The notes under the pieces: generated by a model
Told to the model about the DNA's origin: nothing
The model's input: the letters and a program-made list of their open reading frames with translations, nothing else
Databases searched by the model: none
In this document: positions 61,711 through 64,000 of the stretch, one piece after another
How the letters are laid out: every line of letters starts with the position of its first letter
Position numbering within the stretch: position 1 is the first letter of the stretch
Origin: an uncultured Gammaproteobacteria bacterium
GTDB taxonomy: Bacteria; Patescibacteriota; Microgenomatia; Curtissbacterales; GWA2-41-24
Direction of reading: 5' to 3'
NCBI GenBank assembly: GCA_964562855.1
Contig: CAZLVB010000001.1
Span: forward strand, 3,614 to 67,613
Length of the DNA: 64,000 nt
Position numbers and translations under genes: made by a program

Positions 61711-62487
61711 TTATATACGGCTAAAAAACAGAAAAAGGATAATGCCTGCCGCTATTCGGTAGAATATAAAGGGGTAAAGTGATTTTGCCGAAAGATATTT
61801 TAAAAAATACTTAATAGTTAAAAACCCGAAAACACCAGACGAGATTATGCCGACTACAAAAAAGTTGAGATCAGCTTGATTAATCCCGGAAAGTATTGCT
61901 TCAAGAAATTTTTTTGCACCGGCTGCGGCAACTATTGGGCCAGAAAGCATAAAGGCAAATTTAGCCGCTTCGTCTCGCCGCAGTCCGATAAAAAGACCTG
62001 CAGATATAGTTGAGCCAGATCTGGAAATACCAGGAATTAAAGCAAGAGCTTGAAACATACCAATTACGAGTGAATGCAAAGGCGAAACCTTTCCATATTT
62101 CTCATACTTTTTTCCGTAATTCTCGGCCAAAAATAAGACAATACTAAATAAAATAAGACTTGCGGCTACAATCCATATTTGACGAAAAGAAGTATTGATC
62201 AAATCTTCTAAGAAAAAGCCGGCAATGGCTGCCGGAATTGTTCCTATTGCCAACTTTAGCATTAAGCCATTTCGGAGTTTAAAAGCCTCTAGGTAATTTT
62301 TCCAAAAAAATAAGAGCACAGCTAAGAGCGTACCTAAATGCAGTGAGGCATCAAAGGCAAGACCAAAATCCTGTTGTGAAATACCGAATATTTTTTCGAA
62401 AATAATTAGGTGGCCGGTTGAAGAAACGGGCAAAAATTCGGTCAAACCCTGGATGGCACCGGCCAGTATTGCTAAAAGGTAGGTCAC
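61711..62487 (-). CDS. uppP: Undecaprenyl-diphosphate phosphatase (BacA)
   Basis: QGLTEFLPVSSTGH, HLGT, Q.LAL.PGISRSG.TI, YR. Confidence 0.95.
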   Translation of the reverse strand: MTYLLAILAGAIQGLTEFLPVSSTGHLIIFEKIFGISQQDFGLAFDASLHLGTLLAVLLFFWKNYLEAFKLRNGLMLKLAIGTIPAAIAGFFLEDLINTSFRQIWIVAASLILFSIVLFLAENYGKKYEKYGKVSPLHSLVIGMFQALALIPGISRSGSTISAGLFIGLRRDEAAKFAFMLSGPIVAAAGAKKFLEAILSGINQADLNFFVVGIISSGVFGFLTIKYFLKYLSAKSLYPFIFYRIAAGIILFLFFSRI

Positions 62488-62534
62488 GCATCCTTTATGA
62501 TGCCAGAGTCTCCAAGCCTAAGTCAAAATGTTAT

Positions 62535-63197
62535 TTACTGGTGGACGACGACTCTGGTGCCAACACTTGCCCAATTAAAAACAACACCGGCTTCTTCCGG
62601 TTTCATATTGATGCAGCCATGGCTCATTGGCTGTCCGAAATTACTATGCCAGTATGCACCGTGAATGCCGTAGCCCCTATAGTAATACATGGTATAGGGC
62701 ACATTGGGCAGATTATAATATGTACCCAGCGCTTTAGAGCCACCTTTCATCCTGGTGTACCTTAGTTTTGTCCAAATTGTCCACTGGCCTGTCGGTGTAG
62801 GAGCCCACTTGCCGGAAGAGATCAGAAAATTGCCCACAGTATTCGTGCCTTCTTTCATGTATAGTTTCTGCTCGGAAAGATCAACTTCTATCCATTTTTC
62901 AGCCGGATTCGTCTGTATACCTAAAACATCTGATCTTAGTGTTGCAACTGTATCTTTGAAAGGTACTTGTTTGTTTAAAAAGACGGCGGCATTTTCGCTA
63001 TTTAATTCTTGCGATTGGCTTTTAATGAAACTTTGATAATCGTTTTGCGAAATGTTATTTAAATTAATGCCCAACTTTAAACCAAGATGCTGATAAGTGG
63101 AGTAGATTTGCCTTTTTACCGGTGAGATAGCTATCAGAAAAAGTGCGAGGACAATAATTAGCCCTGAAATTGCACTAAACCCCTTGGCAGTTGGCAT
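62535..63197 (-). CDS. L,D-transpeptidase (YkuD family) with an N-terminal TM
   Basis: IEVDLSEQ, SSG..PTP.G, IHGAYWH..FG..MSHGCIN. Confidence 0.9.
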   Translation of the reverse strand: MPTAKGFSAISGLIIVLALFLIAISPVKRQIYSTYQHLGLKLGINLNNISQNDYQSFIKSQSQELNSENAAVFLNKQVPFKDTVATLRSDVLGIQTNPAEKWIEVDLSEQKLYMKEGTNTVGNFLISSGKWAPTPTGQWTIWTKLRYTRMKGGSKALGTYYNLPNVPYTMYYYRGYGIHGAYWHSNFGQPMSHGCINMKPEEAGVVFNWASVGTRVVVHQ

Positions 63198-63253
63198 TTA
63201 ACTTAGTATTAGAAAAAATCTCGTCCAAAGTCAAATGTCAGCTGATTTTTAGC

Positions 63254-63937
63254 CTAATCCCAAAACCTGTACTTAAACAAGTAAAAAATTGCGGCAATTC
63301 CGTCGCGCCAGTTGATCTTTTTTTCAGAAACAGATCTCGGTTTATAGCTAATAGGGACTTCGACTATTTTTATTCCTTTTTTGGCAGTTTTTGCCGTAAC
63401 TTCAGGACAAAACTCGAATCCTTTAGATCTAAGATTAAGGGCGAGCAAAAGGTCTTTTCTAAATACTTTATATCCGGTGGGCTCATCAGTTATTTTTGTC
63501 CCATAGAGAAAATTGGTAATCACGGTAACTACTCGGCCTCCAAAATTGAACGTCCAATGAGAAATTGGGTTATTGCCAAGCACTCGAGATCCGTAGACAA
63601 CATCGATATAATTGTTTTTGAAGGGTGCAAGAAGCATAGGTATATCAGAAGGATTGTATTCTAAATCCGCATCCTGAATCAAAACTAGATCGCCCGTTGC
63701 TTTTTTGAGGGCGCGGACTATAGATGCACCTTTACCTAAATTTTGCTTGTTAATAATAATTATCAACTTTTTGTCTTTGGGTAAATTTTTAAGAACTTGC
63801 AATGTTTGATCTGTAGAGCCATCGTCAACAATGATTATCTCTTTTTTATAAGGTATCCTTACCGCCAGAGCAGACTTGACTACTCTAACAAGCGTGCGTG
63901 CTTCGTTATAGCTTGGAATAATAATTGTCAATTTCAC
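63254..63937 (-). CDS. GT2 polyprenyl-phosphate glycosyltransferase (DPM/DPG synthase-like)
   Basis: IIPSYNE, VDDGSTD, GKG, IQDADLEY.P, VYGSR, TD..TGYK.F, FEF.PE.TAK, EGKKI-like SEKKINWRDG. Confidence 0.88.
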   Translation of the reverse strand: MKLTIIIPSYNEARTLVRVVKSALAVRIPYKKEIIIVDDGSTDQTLQVLKNLPKDKKLIIIINKQNLGKGASIVRALKKATGDLVLIQDADLEYNPSDIPMLLAPFKNNYIDVVYGSRVLGNNPISHWTFNFGGRVVTVITNFLYGTKITDEPTGYKVFRKDLLLALNLRSKGFEFCPEVTAKTAKKGIKIVEVPISYKPRSVSEKKINWRDGIAAIFYLFKYRFWD

Positions 63938-64000
63938 TTTGTTCTTTTTTGAATGATTATGGCTTGATTGATAACCTTTTCCCAGACAATATTGTAATCT

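Noticed and set aside
62488-62503. GCATC-CTTTAT-GATGC hairpin upstream of uppP
   Set aside because: A 5-bp stem is expected by chance; no other support.
49-63664. Many short plus-strand and alternative-frame ORFs in the track (e.g. 24621..25046, 50204..50584, 63191..63664)
   Set aside because: They lie antisense to or inside well-supported genes and show no recognisable motifs; treated as shadow ORFs.
1-64000. CRISPR array, tRNA/rRNA, transposase/integrase, prophage or reverse transcriptase (DGR)
   Set aside because: Intergenic gaps are very short and no repeat-spacer periodicity or such proteins were seen. The shared 52-nt repeat does not show adenine-specific TR/VR differences.
1-64000. 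Alternative genetic code (UGA=Gly as in Gracilibacteria/Absconditabacteria)
   Set aside because: Genes are full length under code 11, TGA ends several genes in ATGA overlaps, and an SPF-type RF2 is present.

Overview
A gene-dense, AT-rich bacterial window, almost entirely on the minus strand, using standard code 11 (TGA is used as a stop). It is most consistent with a Patescibacteria/CPR (Microgenomates-like) genome; this is inferred from the half-size TsaB, near-leaderless promoters and the repeat types, not from a database match. About 54 kb (1-54468, open at the left edge) is one surface-glycosylation locus. It holds about 20 polytopic GT-C-type membrane glycosyltransferases from several subfamilies (PMT_2/ArnT-like, YfhO-like, PTPS-related, MptA/B-like) and one catalytic-loop-less mini-paralog. 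It also holds four polyprenyl-phosphate-sugar synthases (a fifth lies at the right edge), soluble GT2/GT4 enzymes, a methyltransferase, a Wzx flippase and nucleotide-sugar genes (gmd, rmd, ugd, rmlA/B/D without rmlC, galE, a UDP-HexNAc dehydrogenase/SDR pair). pyrC and a divergent pyrB are inserted singly. The last 10 kb carries tsaE-tsaC-tsaB, a VanZ-like gene, a Pro/Thr/Ser-rich surface protein, a coiled-coil peptidase with a circularly permuted M23 domain, ftsX, ftsE, prfB, uppP and an L,D-transpeptidase. Several ORFs contain translated heptamer tandem repeats and REP-like palindromes, and three GT-C paralogs share a near-identical hairpin cassette. I found no rRNA, tRNA, CRISPR array or transposase. 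All calls come from reading motifs by eye; no searches were run.
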